This document shows positions 36,416-49,958 of a DNA stretch of 64,000 nt, piece by piece. The notes beneath the pieces were generated by a model. That model was given only the letters and a program-made list of their open reading frames with translations, did no database searches and was not told the DNA's origin. Numbering within the stretch: the stretch's first letter is position 1; every line of letters starts with the position of its first letter. The stretch comes from Mobula hypostoma (taxonomy: Eukaryota), in assembly GCF_963921235.1 (NCBI RefSeq), contig NC_086097.1:229464001-229528000 (forward strand), given 5' to 3'. Both the position numbers and the translations under genes were made by a program.

Positions 36416-39400
36416 AACTGAAGGAAGAGCTAGTAAGAGATTTGAAGGTGGGAGGGGGAGATCCAAAATGATAGGAGAAGACAGAAGGGGGAGGGATGGA
36501 GCCAAGAGCTGGACAGGTGATTGGCAAATGGGATATGAGAGGATCATGGGACAGGAGGCCCAGGGAGAAGGAAAAGGGGGAGGGGAGAAAACCCAGAGGA
36601 TGGGCAAGGTGTATAGTCAGAGGAACAGAGGGAGAAAAAGGAGAGTGAGAGAAAGAATGTGTGTATATAAAAAAACGGATGGGATATGAGGGGGAGGTGG
36701 GGCATTAGCGGAAGTTAGCGAAGTCAATGTTCATGCCATCAGGTTGGAGGCTACCCAGATGGAATATAAGGTGTTATTCCTCCAACCTGAGTGTGGCTTC
36801 ATCTTTACAGTAGAGGAGGCCGTGGATAGACATATCAGAATGGGAATGGGATGTGGAATTAAAAATGTGTGGCCACTGGGAGATCCTTCTTTCTCTGGCG
36901 GACAGAGCGTACGTGTTCAGCAAAATGATCTCCCAGTCTGCGTTGGGTCTTGCCAATATATAGAAGGCCACATCGGGAGCACCGGACGCAGTATATCACC
37001 CCAGCCGACTCACAGGTGAAGTGTTGCCTCACCTGGAAGGACTGTCTGGGGCCCTGATGGTGGTGAGGGAGGAAGTGTAAGGGCACATGTAGCACTTGTT
37101 CTGCTTACACGGATAAGTGCCGGGAGGGAGATCAGTGGGGAGGGATGGGGGGGATGAATGGACGAGGGAGTTGCGTAGGGAGCGATCCCTGCGGAAAGTG
37201 GGGGGGGGGAGAGGGAAAGATGTGCTTAGTGGTGGGATCCCGTTGGAGGTGGCGGAAGTTACGGAGAATAATATGTTGGACCCGGAAGCTGATGGGGTGG
37301 TAGGTGAGGACCAGGGGAACCCTATTCCTAGTGGGGTGGCGGGAGGATGGAGTGAGAGCAGATGTGCGTGAAATGGGGGAGATGTGTTTGAGAGCAGAGT
37401 TGATGGTGGAGGAAGGGAAGCCCCTTTCTTTAAAAAAAGGAGGACATCTCCCTCGTCCTAGAATGAAAAGCCTCATCCTGAGAGCAGATGCGGCGGAGAC
37501 GGAGGAATTGCGAGAAGGGGATGGCATTTTTGCGAGAGTCAGGGTGAGAAGATGAATAGTCCAGATAGCTGTGAGAGTCAGTAGGCTTATAGTAGACATC
37601 AGTAGAAAAGCTGCCTCCAGAGACAGAGACAGAAAGATCTAGAAAGGGGAGGGAGGTGTCGGAAATGGACCAGGTAAACTTGAGGGCAGGGTGAAAGTTG
37701 GAGGCAAAGTTAATAAAGTCAACGAGCTCAGCATGCATGCAGGAAGCAGCGCCAATGCAGTCGTCGATGTAGCGAAGGAAAAGTGGGGGACAGATACCAG
37801 AATAGGTTTGGAACATAGATTGTTCCACAAAGCCAACAAAAAGTTAGGCATAGCTAGGACCCATACGGGTGCCCATAGCTACACCTTTAGTTTGGAGGAA
37901 GTGGGAAGAGCCAAAGGAGAAATTATTAAGAGTAAGGACTAATTCTGCTTGACGGAGCAGAGTGGTGGTAGAGGGGAACTGATTAGGTCTGGAATCCAAA
38001 AAGAAGCAGAGAGCTTTGAGACCTCTCTGATGGGGGATGGAAGTATATAGGGACTGGACATCCATGGTGAAAATAAAGCGGTGGGGGCCAGGAAACTTAA
38101 AATCATCGAAAAGTTTAAGAGCGTGAGAAGTGTCATGAACATAGGTAGGAAGGGATTGAACAAGGGGGGGATAAAACCGTGTTGAGGTATGCAGAAACAA
38201 GTTCGGTGGGGCAGGAGCAAGCTGAGATAATAGGTCAGCCAGGACAGGCAGGTTTGTGGATCTTGGGTAGGAGGTAGAAACGGGAAGTGCGGGGTGTGTG
38301 AACTATAAGGTTGGTAGCAGTGGATGGGAGATCCCCTGAGCGGATAAAGTCAGTGATGGTGTGGCAGACAATGGCCTGGTGCTCCTCAGTGGGGTCACGA
38401 TCAAGGGGTAAATACGAGGAGGTATCCGCGAGTTGTCGCTGTGCCTCGGCAAGGTAGAGGTCAGTGCGCCAGACTACAACAGCACCCCCCTTATCGGCGG
38501 GTTTAATAGTAAGGTTAGGATTGTTGTGGAGGGAGTGGAGAGCAGAGCGTTCGGATGGAGTGAGGTTGGAATGGGAACAAGGTGCAGTGAAGTCGAGACG
38601 GTTGATGTCCCATCGGCAGTTAGTAATAAAGAGATCCAGAGCAGGTAGAAGACCAGAGCGGGGTGTCCATAAAGAGGAGGAGGGTTGAAGACGGGAGAAG
38701 GGGTCATCGGTGGGTGTGGAAGAGTCCTTGCTGAAGAAGTAGGCTCGGAGACGGCGACAGCAGAAGAACAGTTCTGCGTCATGGCGAACGCGGAACTCGC
38801 TGAGGTGTGGGCGAAGGGGGACAAAGGTGAGGCCCTTACTGAGGACAGAGCATTCTGCCTCAGACAGTTGAAGGTCGGAGGGGATGGTAAAGACCCGGCA
38901 CGGATGAGAGCTGGGATCAGAGGGGGGAGGGGGGAGGATTGGGGTGAGAGGAAGATGGAGCCTCTGAGGACCCAGGAGCTGACGGTGGGATCTGAGGGAG
39001 ACAGGGTTGCAGAGTGGTGGTGGGGGAAGGGGAGTTGGGAGTCACAATGGCAGCACATAAAGACCCGGCCTGGAGTTCAAGGCTGGAGTCGCAGTTGGTG
39101 GTTGCACAATTGCTTTGAAGGTGTCCATGGTCATTGCTGGAGTCTGGGTTTTGAATATGCCCTGAGGTGTTGGAGCCGGCGAGATCAATTCCCATTCCCA
39201 TTCTGATATGTCTATCCACGGCCTCCTCTACTCTAAAGATGAAGCCACACTGAGGTTGGAGGAACAACACCTTATATTCCGTCTGGGTAGCCTCCAACCT
39301 GATGGCATGAACATTGACTTCTCTAACTTCCGCTAATACCCCACCTCCCCCTCATACCCCATCCGTTTTTTATATACACACATTCTTTCTCTCACTCTCC

Positions 39401-39631
39401 TTTTTCTCCCTCTGTCCCTCTGACTATACATCTTGCCCATCCTCTGGGTTTTCCCCCCCTCCCCCTTTTCCCTCTCCCCGGACCTCCTGTCCCATGATCC
39501 TCTCATAACCTTTTTGCCAATTACCTGTCCAGCCCTTGGCTCCATCCCTCCCCCTCCTGTCTTCTCCTATCATTTTGGATCTCCCCCTCCCCCTCCCACC
39601 TTCAAATCTCTTACTAGCTCTTCCTTCAGTT

Positions 39632-39667
39632 AGTCCTGACGAAGGGTCTCGGCCTGAACCGTCGACT
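39632..39667 (+). ncRNA. Hammerhead ribozyme motif, core mutated (GAAC)
   Basis: agtc-CTGACGA-agggtctcggcct-GAAC-cg-TC-gact. Confidence 0.5.
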
Positions 39668-40479
39668 GTGCCTCTTCCTAGAGATGCTGCCTGGCCTGCT
39701 GTGTTCACCAGCAACTTTAATATTTAAAGCAGTATAATTTTATGGTTTGGAAATATAGTTTTAACAGTCTAGTTACAAAAATTTGTGTAGAAACAGTGCT
39801 ATCAATTTTATCCTTTAAAAATGATTGTGGTTCTTGCTGTTGTCCAGGTAACCTAACCAAAATGTGTTACTCCTTGAAGTGCGTTAGTAAATGCCTGTTA
39901 GCTGCCTTGGGTATTAGCCAATGTTTTAAGTAATCAATGTAATTCCATTCTGTACAAATGATGTGAAGCTCGGTGCTGAAAGTGCTCATTTGGTAATTTT
40001 GTTTTTCTTCCTGGTTGTGTTCTGCAATTCAGTTGAACTGCTTGGCAAAACATGGATGTATAACTTGCTTAAAAAAAAGTTATTATACAGCATATGCTGA
40101 GGATGAAGTTCTGTATTTTAAGCTGCTTATTTAGAGGCCAATTTTACTTTCAGCTTTGGAAAATTAAATTTATTAGTGATGGTTAATTTTGCTTTATTTT
40201 GAAGATTGATATTGTAAACCTAGAAGTTTTTAGGAGATTTACACTGAATTTGGAATGAATCAGCAGAATTTCACTAGCAAATACAGCAAATTGAGAAGTT
40301 GGAAGAAATTTTAATGTGAAGTTTGAGTTTTAAAAAGTACTGTGCTTAAAGCAGATTCAAGTATTCAAATTGATCAACTACATTGGTGTCAAAGCTTATT
40401 CCCAGAGCAGGGGTGTATAGAACTAGAGGGCACCAAAATAAAAGAGGTAGAAATTTGAAAGAGATCTGATGAGGGGCAA

Positions 40480-42095
40480 CACACACAAAATGCTGGAGGA
40501 AGTCAGCAGGCCAGACAGCAGCTATGGAAAAGAGTACAGGTGATGTTTTGGGCTGAGACCCTTCGGCAGGACTGGAAAAAAAAGGCTGAGGAGTAGATTT
40601 AAAAGGTGGGAGGAGAGAGTGAAACACAAAGTGATGGGGAAAAATGAAGGGGAAAGGATGAAGTAAAGAGCTGAAGTTGATTGGTGAAAGAAAGACAGGG
40701 CTGGAGAAGGGAGAGTCTGATAGAAGAGGACAGAAGGCCATGGAAGGAAGAAAAGGGGGGAGGAGCAGCAGAGGGGGGGATGATAGGAGGAGATAAGGTG
40801 AGAGAGGGAAAAGGGGATGGGGAATGGTGAAGGAGGGGAGGGGGCATTACCCAAAGTTTGAGAAATCGATATTCATGCCATCAGGTTGGAGGCTACCCAG
40901 AAGGAATATAAGGTTTTGTTCCTCCAACCTGAGTGTGGCCTAATCGCAACAGTAGAGGCGGCCATGGATAGACATATCGGAATGAGAAAGGGAAGTGGAA
41001 TTAAAATAGGTGGCCACTGGGAGATCCCACTTTTTTGGTGGGTGGAGCTTATGTGCTTGGCGTAGTGGTCTCCTAATCTACATAGGGTCTTACCAGAAGC
41101 ACCGGACACAGTATGTGACCCCAACAGACTCTCAGTTGAAGTATCACCTCGCCTGGAAGTACTGTTTAGGGCCCTGAATAGTAGTGAGGGAGGAGGTGTA
41201 GAGGAAGGTTTAGCACCTGTTCTGCTTGCAAAGATAATGTGCCTGGAGTGACGAATGGACAAGGGAGTCGTGTAGGAAGCAATCCCTGCGGAAAGCAGAA
41301 AGCTGGGGGGGTGGGATGTGCTTGGTGGTGGCATCTCATTGGAGATGGCAGAAGTTGCAAAAAAATTACGCGCTGGACGTGGAAGCTGGTGGAGTGGTAG
41401 GTAACGAAATGTACAGTGTCATATACTGGTCTTGTACTGTGTCCGGTACATCTGGTGTGGCCTCCTGTGTATCGGTGAGACGCAACTTGGATTGAGACAC
41501 TGCTTTGCTGAGCACCCATGCTCCGTCTGCCAGAAAAAGCGGGATCCCCCAGTAGCCATCCATTTTAATTCCACTTATCATTCCGATATGTCTATCCATG
41601 GCTTCCACTATTGTCGCAGTGAGTCCACACTCAGGTTGGAGGAACAACACCTTGTATTCCTTCTGGTTAGCCTCCAGTTTGATGGCATGAACATAGATTT
41701 CTTGAATTTCTGGGAAATCCCCTCCCCCCATCCATTCTCCATTCCCTTTCCCCCCTCTCACCTTATCTCCTTGCCCACTCATCACGTTCCTCTGGTGCTC
41801 CTCCCCCCTTTTCTTTCTTCCATGGCCTGTGTCTCTTTCACCAATCAATTTCCCAGCTCTTTACTTAAGCCCTCCCCTTTCAGGTTTCACCTATCACCTT
41901 GTGTTTCTCTTTCCCCTCCCCCACCTTTTAAATCTACTCCTCGGTTTTTTTCTCTCCAGTCCTGCCGAAGGGTCTCAGCCCAAAACATCAACTGTATTCT
42001 TTTTCCATAGATGCTGCCTAGCCTGCTGAGTTCCTCTCGCATTTTGTGTGTGTGGCTTGGATTTCCAGTATCCGCAGATTTTCTCTTGTTTCTGT
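40480..42095. mobile_element. Older Penelope-like element, two inverted 3' halves, inserted in a CR1 tail
   Basis: - arm 40480-~41400 and + arm ~41432-42095 (YCVRYIWCGLLCIGET..LRLEEQHL); 10-bp TSD tgaggggcaa at 40470-40479 and 42096-42105. Confidence 0.88.
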
Positions 42096-42914
42096 TGAGG
42101 GGCAAGTTTTTCTTACAGAAGATGGTGAATACTGGAACAGGTTGCCAGTGGTTTTGTTGGAGGCAACTGCAATTACAGTGCATAAAAAGTTAGTGAATAG
42201 GAAAGACATAGAGAGTTAACGGGCCTAATGCAGGCAAATGTGATTAGCATGTATAGGCATCATGATTGGCATGTATAAGGAGGGGCAACATAACTTGTTT
42301 CTATGCTGTACATTTTTAAGCTTCTAATTAATTTGCTTGCAGATCTTCAATAAGGTTGCAGACATTAAAACATCTGAGGGTAAAGATTCTGGTTACTGTG
42401 TTTTGAAAGGCTACTAAAGATGGACTATCATAGAAACTTGCTACTGGAGGGTAATTTAACAAAAATTACTTTTACCATTTTTACTATTTTGTAATCTGAT
42501 TACTCGCATTAGGGTTTTATGTATGATAACAAAACATAAAGGCCTCGGCCCAAAATGTCGTCTGTTTATTCCTTTCCATAGATGCTTCATGGGCTGTTGA
42601 GTTCCTCCAGCATTTTGTGTGTGTGTTGCTCTAGATTTCCAGCACCTGCAGAATCTTGTTTTGTAATTAAACCCTTTTTCTGCTCTTAGTGCAAGCTGTA
42701 CTGAATTACCACTCTTAAATGTACCAAGGCATTTGTTAAAAGCATTTGTATATTACATTTTAAAGCCATGTCTGATGTTATTGTTGTATGCCAGTTATGT
42801 TGGCAATATGCCATGTAATCTTAGGAGCATTATTAATGCAAGTAATATGGAGATGGGTATTATGTTGCATGTAGATAGCACTGAAATCAGAAATTTGTGT
42901 ACTTTACTACAGGT

Positions 42915-43460
42915 ATGTATTATGTTAAGGCTTTATAAGGCAGTGGAGATGCCTTATTTTCGAATATTGTGAGCATTTGTGGGCCCCTTAGCTAAGAAAG
43001 GATGTGCTGACATTGGAGAGGGTTCAAAGAGGTTCATGAAAATGATTCCGGGGTTGAATGGTTTATCATATGAGGAACGTTTGATGGCTCAAGGACTGTA
43101 CTCGTTGGAATTCAGAAGAATGAGGGGGGTGACCTCATTGAAATTTGAAAGGTCTGGAGAGAATGTTTCCTTTCATGGAGGATTCTAGGACCAGAATAGA
43201 GGGACATCAATTTAGAATGGAGATGAGGAGGAATTTCTTAAGCCAGAAAGTGGCGAATCTGTAGAATTCTTTGCCATAGGCAGCTGTCAAGGCCAAGCCT
43301 TTACGTATATTTAAGACAGAGGTTGATAAATTCTCGATTGGTCAGGCCATGAAGGGATACAAGGTTGGGGCTGAGAGGGAAATGGATCAGCCATGACGAA
43401 ATAGAGTAAACTCAATGGACCAAATGGCCTAATTCTGCTCCTATATCTTATGGTCTTGTG
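42915..43460 (+). mobile_element. Degenerate CR1 3' fragment
   Basis: MIPGLNGLSYEERL..GLYSLEFRRMRG and CR1 tail. Confidence 0.75.
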
Positions 43461-44094
43461 GTATTATGACTTAGATTCCAGTGAGTTTAGTTTTGCATTA
43501 ACAGAATAGATGTAACCATATTGTTATCTAATGCTCTTTTCTTTAGCTCTTTACAACCTGTGCTTCAGGACTTTGGAGATATTGAAGCCAAAAATAACTA
43601 ATCATCAATACAGTTTTCATATTTACATTAATTTGTTGTCGATGTTGATAAACCTGTGTAAGTAAGCACTTCAGCTGGCTACAGTCATAATTATATAATA
43701 AGATAGCAGGCCTTTGGCCCACTGGGTTGCTCAATTCTATTGGAATGCAGTACGCAAGGGTGACAATGAGTTCCCATTTTATTTTTCCATTGCACTTCTA
43801 CTCTGACTTATTGATGTAACAGTAATCTCCTGCAGTGTTACAATGAGGTCTGCCTGAGCGTGTCTTCACGCATTGCATGTTGCAACTCCTACATTTCTTG
43901 TGTCAATGTTCTCTCTTTAACTGCTCCCAAGCTACTGATTGACCAGATAAACTTGTTTATAGCATTATCATCCCAGTTTTGCCTTATTAGGGGGCATCTT
44001 CCCCACCTCCCTAACCATTAGCAGTTTAATTAACGAGCTTTGCCTGGCTCCTAACCACTTCTGATGCAGGGTCTTGAACCTGAAAAGTTAGCTC

Positions 44095-44420
44095 TGTGCA
44101 TTGAGATAGTACAAGAGGAAAACTGGCATTATGCAGAATAACGTATTAGAGTTACCAAGAAAGTGCAGGCAGATGAGAAGAAGGTGCAAAGCCATGGCAA
44201 TTTAGATCGAGAGGTCAAAGGTCCATCTTTCTGTGCAACTGTTCTATAACAGTGGGATTGAAGCTGCCCTTGAGCATGGTGGTACATGCTGTCAGGCTTT
44301 TGTTTCTTATTTCTGATGGGAAGGTGGTGTGGGAGAGGAGGCTGGCTTTCATGATGAGTTGAGGTATGTCCACAGCTCTTTGCAGTTCGATATGTGTGTA
44401 TGTACACATACTCAAAGCAA
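44095..44420 (-). mobile_element. Degenerate Rex1/Babar 3' fragment
   Basis: LQRAVDIPQLI..TTMLKGSFNPTVI remnant. Confidence 0.45.
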
Positions 44421-46809
44421 CGGAAAAGATTAAAAGACTTCATCTTTTCATCAGTAGGAACCCAGGTTTGTTGAGTGTTGTGATCATGTTTCTATCAAGT
44501 AGTAAAAAAAAAGGTGATGTTTAATAGTGTACTTTACTCATTTTGCTTTTGAATAACAATATTTTTCCTTAGTGCTGTTGCAGTTAGTTTTAGTCTGCAC
44601 CATTCATTTCTGAGAAAAAAATATTCCACAATTTTGAACTTATGAACATTTCTGGGACAGAATTCTTACATAACATTTAAGTTACATGACACAAAAAACT
44701 AGACAAGATGAATGTTTATGTAATGAAGTATCTGGTTTAAAGTATTTGTGTAAGAAATCTGTGGTGGAAGTAAATTCACTATTTTTAATGGATTTGATGA
44801 GTACACAAAGCAGAAAAGTTAGGATTAATTGGCATGTGTAGCATTAATCAGTTTTCAAAGAGCTGGCATGGGTATGATTGATTCTGTATTACAAGGTTTA
44901 TGATTCTGTGCCTGTGGCTTATTGGCAGTATGTTAAAATTATAAAGGTTGCTCTTGATGCAACCAAATTGTTACTGTGCATTTGCTAATGAGGGCTGCAC
45001 ATTTCTTGAGATTTCAATTTCATAATTAAAATTTTTCAAGTTAAAGTCATGGTGCACATGTCCTGTGAGGTAAACAGAGATGTCTCTTATATTACTGGTA
45101 TTTCTACCCCTGTTACTCCTCGTATTCTGTTGGAGAAGAGCAGATTTGTCAATACTGTCATACAAGTAAAGTTCATGCTTCAGATCAGTGATCCTTCATC
45201 AGAACTGGAACGGTGAGGAAATAAACTTGTTATAAGCTGTAGAATAGTGAGAATGAAGGAAATATCTGTGATGGGATGGATGTTCTGGGTGACAGTCTTT
45301 CAATACCATCTAACTAACAGCTGAATGAAAACAGGGAAACAAAAGAAAATGTTAAAATTGAGAGATATAGGCACAACAGTTACTGGAAATTGAGAAATCT
45401 GGAATTGCTTAAACATCTGATAGAACTGTGGTGAGAGAAAATTTTGAGATAACGTTACAGGTGAATGAGGAATAAGAACTGACATAAACAAAAAAGCCAG
45501 TTATCTGATAATGTTGAATTTGTAGCTTGATGAAAGTTGAAGTGGATTTTCTCAAAGTTATGCTCTATTTAAAATATTCTACTAGGACAGGCAAAAGTGC
45601 AACTTTTGAATGATTGCTTAAATATCTCTTAGTACACGTTCAAAAGCTGTTAAAATAGATTTAAATATTTTTAACCATTTCATAACAATTTAGGTGCTGT
45701 AACTTGAATTTAAAACACTAAAACAATTAAAAATCTTAATTGCACATACCCTTTTCCATTGGATTAGTGGCCCCATTTTTATTGCAGGTCCCTATTTGTA
45801 AGTTGCACTCTCCGATGCATTGTGCATAGTTCATCCCACAGCACAGCATGAGGTTGGATGCACTTGCTGTTAATCTCCAGGTTGTTTTCAGATGTAATGA
45901 GCAGGCAGTTTGATTCATTTAGATGCTCATTAGTAGATTATGTGCATAATCATGAAAAGTTCAGCATTGTGTAGACTAACATTATCGTCAATAATTAAAA
46001 ACAATAAATGGTTATTTAGCAATTTTTGCCATATAACCTTTAGGAATATGTATAGTGAGTGCCAAAGTGGCTAGATATTTTCCAACAAAGTCTTGATCTG
46101 TTTGCATTTTCTATTTTTTTTTATAATTTTTGCATGATTTTTCTCGACTACATTTCCTTTGTTTTCATTTGAATTGAAATTTCCAGCATCTGCAGAATTC
46201 CTGTTGTTTTAGTTTAGAACTAGTTATATTTTTATTCCACTTAATTCTTTTAAGCGGGAAAATAAATTTGTGTATGTTGGAATTTGGAATTTGTAGATGC
46301 TACAACATTGTGCACCCTGAGTCCATTCTCAATTTTTTTTAAAACAGTAACATCTATATGGATATACTTATTGAAGAACCAAACACTGGCCAGAAAAATA
46401 CTGTGGTTTGTTTGTAGATCCCTTATGCCTACTATGCATTTCTCTGAGAAAGGTACAAATGAGTTCCTACCATTGCTAACTATTGCTATCTGGAAAAATA
46501 AAGTCAGCAATGGTTTAAAGTTCAAATGAAGATTGTAATAATTCAGCTGTTCACACCCATACCTCTTACCAACTTGACCTTTATTATTTGATTTGTCTGC
46601 TGTTATCCCCTTCAGTTGATTCCATCGACTTTTTTGTTATTGAATCTCTCCTCCTATCTTTTTAATCCTCCCCTCTGTGTGATATTCTAAATCTTTTTTC
46701 ATAATCCATTGTATTGCAATACCAAAGCAAGGTGGCAAAAAAGTTGCAATGTGATTTTCCCAATGGCAGTAATTTCTGGGGGCTGTGTTTGATTAGAGAC
46801 CTAATCCTA

Positions 46810-47435
46810 ATCCTCCTCCATCCTGATCAAAAAGGCACACCAGCACCTTAAATTCCTGTGGAGCATCAAGAAAGATCACCTCTGTCCCAGGATATTGATG
46901 GACTTTTGCTGCTGTACCATTGAGAGCATACTCACCAACTGCTTCTCAGTGTGGTATGGCAATTGTCCCGTATCAGACCACAAAGCACTCCAGCGTGTGG
47001 TGAAAACTGCCCAGCGTATTATTGGCACCCAATTACCCACCATTGAGAACATCTACCATAAACGCTGCCTAGGCAGGGCAAAAAGTATTATCAAGGATGC
47101 ATGTCACCTAAACCATGGACCTTTTACTCTCCTCCCATCCAGTAGGCGCTACAGGAGCCTCTGCTCCCGCACCAGCAGACACAGGAAGAGCTTCTTTCTT
47201 GAGGCTGTGACCCTGCTGAACCTCACATCACAGCGCTAAACAGTATTACACCCATATTGGACTGTCTCAGTACTTTTATATTTGTGTGCTGTAGCACTTA
47301 CTTTTTATTCGCAGTTATTTTGTAAATAACATTCTATTCTTTGCATTTCTGGCCAGATGCTAACTGCATTTCATTGGCTTTGTATCTGTACTTGGCACAA
47401 TGACAATAAAGTTGAATCTAATCTAATCTAATCTA
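46810..47435 (+). mobile_element. Rex1/Babar LINE 3' fragment
   Basis: TIESILTNCFSVWYG..LQRVVKTAQRIIG..SFFLEAVTLLN; AATAAA and (aatct)n tail. Confidence 0.88.
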
Positions 47436-47789
47436 AATGAATGTAGTGAATAACTGGCTAGTAACAAAAGGGTCCTGATCCGCCAGATTTTTTTTATCAT
47501 TTATTTATTTATTGGTTCATTTTTATGTTAGGATTCTAATATTGTGTTTGATCAAAAGATTGATTTGTATGTTTGTAGTTCAAAATGCTTTGATCTGTAC
47601 CAGTTTATTCGATAGAATAAATTAAATCAAAGCGTGAACAACCTAGTTAAAAAATGTATGCATATGTTACTCAATATCAATGTTTATCCCTTTATTAGAA
47701 ATAATTTCTCTTTATCACAAGAAATAATTGTACAAAATTTTTTTAGGCTTGTATAATTCACTTTGAATTGTTTTAAGTCAAATGGATAT

Positions 47790-48098
47790 TCAGGCGCTTT
47801 TTCCCAGGGCTGAAATGGCTGGCATGAGAGGGTGTAGTTTTAAGGTGCTTGGAAGCAGGTACAGAGGGAGATGTCAGGGGTAAGTTTTTTACGCAGAGAG
47901 TGGTGAGTGCGTGAAATGGGCTGCCGGCGGTGGTGGAGGCGGAAACGATAGGTTCTTTTAAGAGACTCCTGGATGGATACATGGAGCTTAGAAAAATAGA
48001 GGGATATGGGTAAGCCTAGGTAGTTCTAAGGTAAGAACATGTTCGACACAGCTTTGTTGGCCAAAGGGCCTGTATTGTGCTGTAGGTTTTTATGTTTC
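47790..48098 (+). mobile_element. CR1 3' end immediately upstream of the ZBTB10 splice acceptor
   Basis: FFTQRVV region and tail 'ggccaaagggcctgtattgtgctgtaggtttttatgtttct'. Confidence 0.8.
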
Positions 48099-48139
48099 TT
48101 CTAAATCCAGTATGATTTTTTTTGTGTTTTTTTTTCTAG

Positions 48140-49112
48140 GAGTCTGCAGTTACATCTAGATCAGCGGATGAGTTGTACAGTGAATACAAAAGTGATCGAA
48201 ATGAAATTTCCTATTGCTATCAACTGCTTCAAGAACTGAATGAACAGCGACAGCAAGGAATTCTGTGTGATGTCAACATTGTAGTGAAGGGTCAGGTTTT
48301 CAAAGCCCATAAGAACATACTAGTTGCGGGCAGCCGTTACTTTAAGACACTCTATTGCTATACTCCGAATGAGAGTTGTGACCAAGTTACAGTAACTCAC
48401 CTTGATGTTGTTGCTGTGCAAGGTTTCACAGTCATTCTTGATTTCATGTACTCTGGGCATTTAGTTTTAACCAGCCAAAATGTCATTGAAGTTATGTCTG
48501 TAGCAAGCTATCTGCAAATGACTGACATTGTCCAGGCATGCCGTGGTTTTATTAAAGAAGCCCTAAACATCAGTACAAAATCAAATGCAGCAGATAAAAT
48601 AATAGTTCAGTATGAGAAGGTAAAGACGTCCAACCCTTCCCATCGAGACAATACAGGAGTTGTGTTGAAACATGAGCCCAGTAGTCCTTGGGTGGTGAAA
48701 TCTACAAATACAGTGAATAGTTGTGGCACAGTAGTCCTGCATGAAGAAAGAGTGAAGTATGAAATGGAGGGCTATGGTTTAGATATGGGTTCAGTAATGC
48801 ACCCGGATGACAGTTACCAGCTTAATGATACAACCTGGAATCAAGAAAATTTTGCAGATTATAGTGGAAAAGATCTGCAGATGGGGCTACCTCAAGATCA
48901 AAATCCTGCTTTTTCTTGGGGAAGTTTGGGAAAATTAATGCTGCAACAAGCAGGTCCACGAAGTGGACGAAGGAAAAACCACATAACTAGAAGAATCGTA
49001 TACAATGTTGCACCAAAAGTAGAAGATGGAGCTGGAGAAAACTTAATGATGCAACCTCCTATGACATTCTCTGAGGACGGATTGCAGGATATTCCTGTAG
49101 GCCCTTTCTCAG
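48140..49112 (+). CDS. ZBTB10: ZBTB10 internal coding exon with BTB/POZ domain (phase 0 to phase 1)
   Basis: Polypyrimidine tract and TAG acceptor (AG 48138-48139); open frame ESAVTSRS..SYCYQLLQELNEQR..CDV..HKNILVAGSRYFKTLYC..AVQGF..LVLTSQN..RRKNHITRRIVYN..MQPP matches my recollection of ZBTB10; donor AG|gtacta at 49113 (less certain). Confidence 0.88.
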
Positions 49113-49958
49113 GTACTACTGGGGTTATATATTAGTTTTGTGATATTCTACATATGTGTTCACATTACAGTGATGTTCACAATCTTTTTTACCTCCTCCT
49201 ATAACTTAGAAGATTGTGTTCAATTTGTACTTCAAATGCACGTATTTAGCTGGCAGTTCAGTGCAGCACTGAGTGACTACTGTTCTCAGAGAAGTAATAT
49301 TTCAGGTAGTATTAAATTTAGATTATTGATTATTCCCTGCGTCCAAAGTAAACATTATCTGATCGTTCTAATATTGCTGTGTTGTGGGATGCCATAAATA
49401 AATTGACTGCAACATTACCTACATTACAATGATAATTATACTTCTAAAAAATCTGAAATTGAATATAAACATGCTTTGATATTTTCTGAAATTGTTTGTG
49501 TTATATTACTGCATAACTCATGCACTACTTGTTGCATTTCCTTAGCAGCATTTTATATGAGGCCATTCAATCTGAATCTAACATCTTGTTTTAGATTATG
49601 TTTTGTTATGTTTTATTTCGGTGGATGTTATTACCTTGGATTTTCAGAAGGTTTGTCAAAATGCCACACGTGAGACTACTAAACAAAGTAAAAACTTGTG
49701 GTTAAAGGCAAGATACTAGCTTGGATGGAATATAGGTTGACTGTCAGAAGTCAGAGCATTAAGGGGTACTTCTCAGGTTGATTATGTTGACTGCATTTTC
49801 TGATAATGGAGATCGGGGATCAGTGTTGGAACTGCAACTTTTCAGTGATACATTAATGATCTAGATAAAGGAACTGAAGGCATAGTGGCCAAGTCTGTAG
49901 ATGATACTGAGATAGATGGAAGGGCAAGTAGTGTTACGGGGACAGAAAGACTTCAAAA

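Larger units (their letters stand above)
36275..39718 (-). mobile_element. Penelope-like element (Neptune-type) with inverted pLTR, frameshifted RT and GIY-YIG
   Basis: RT motifs FTMDVQSLYTSIPH, QTKGVAMGTRMGPSYA, RYIDD; Cys linker PCKQNKCYMCP; inverted 3' copy at ~39187-39718; 14-bp TSD aatatttaaagcag at 36261-36274 and 39719-39732. Confidence 0.93.

Noticed and set aside
42540..46210. Further Penelope scraps (42540-42660, ~44060, ~45170-45207, ~46170-46210) as ribozymes
   Set aside because: Cores are missing or degenerate; only remnants of old pLTRs.
48173..49135. Single-exon 320-aa BTB gene, or a ZBTB8/ZBTB46 call
   Set aside because: It starts at TTG inside an exon bounded by splice sites and has no zinc fingers; YCYQLLQELN, HKNILVAGSR and the downstream exon fit ZBTB10 better.
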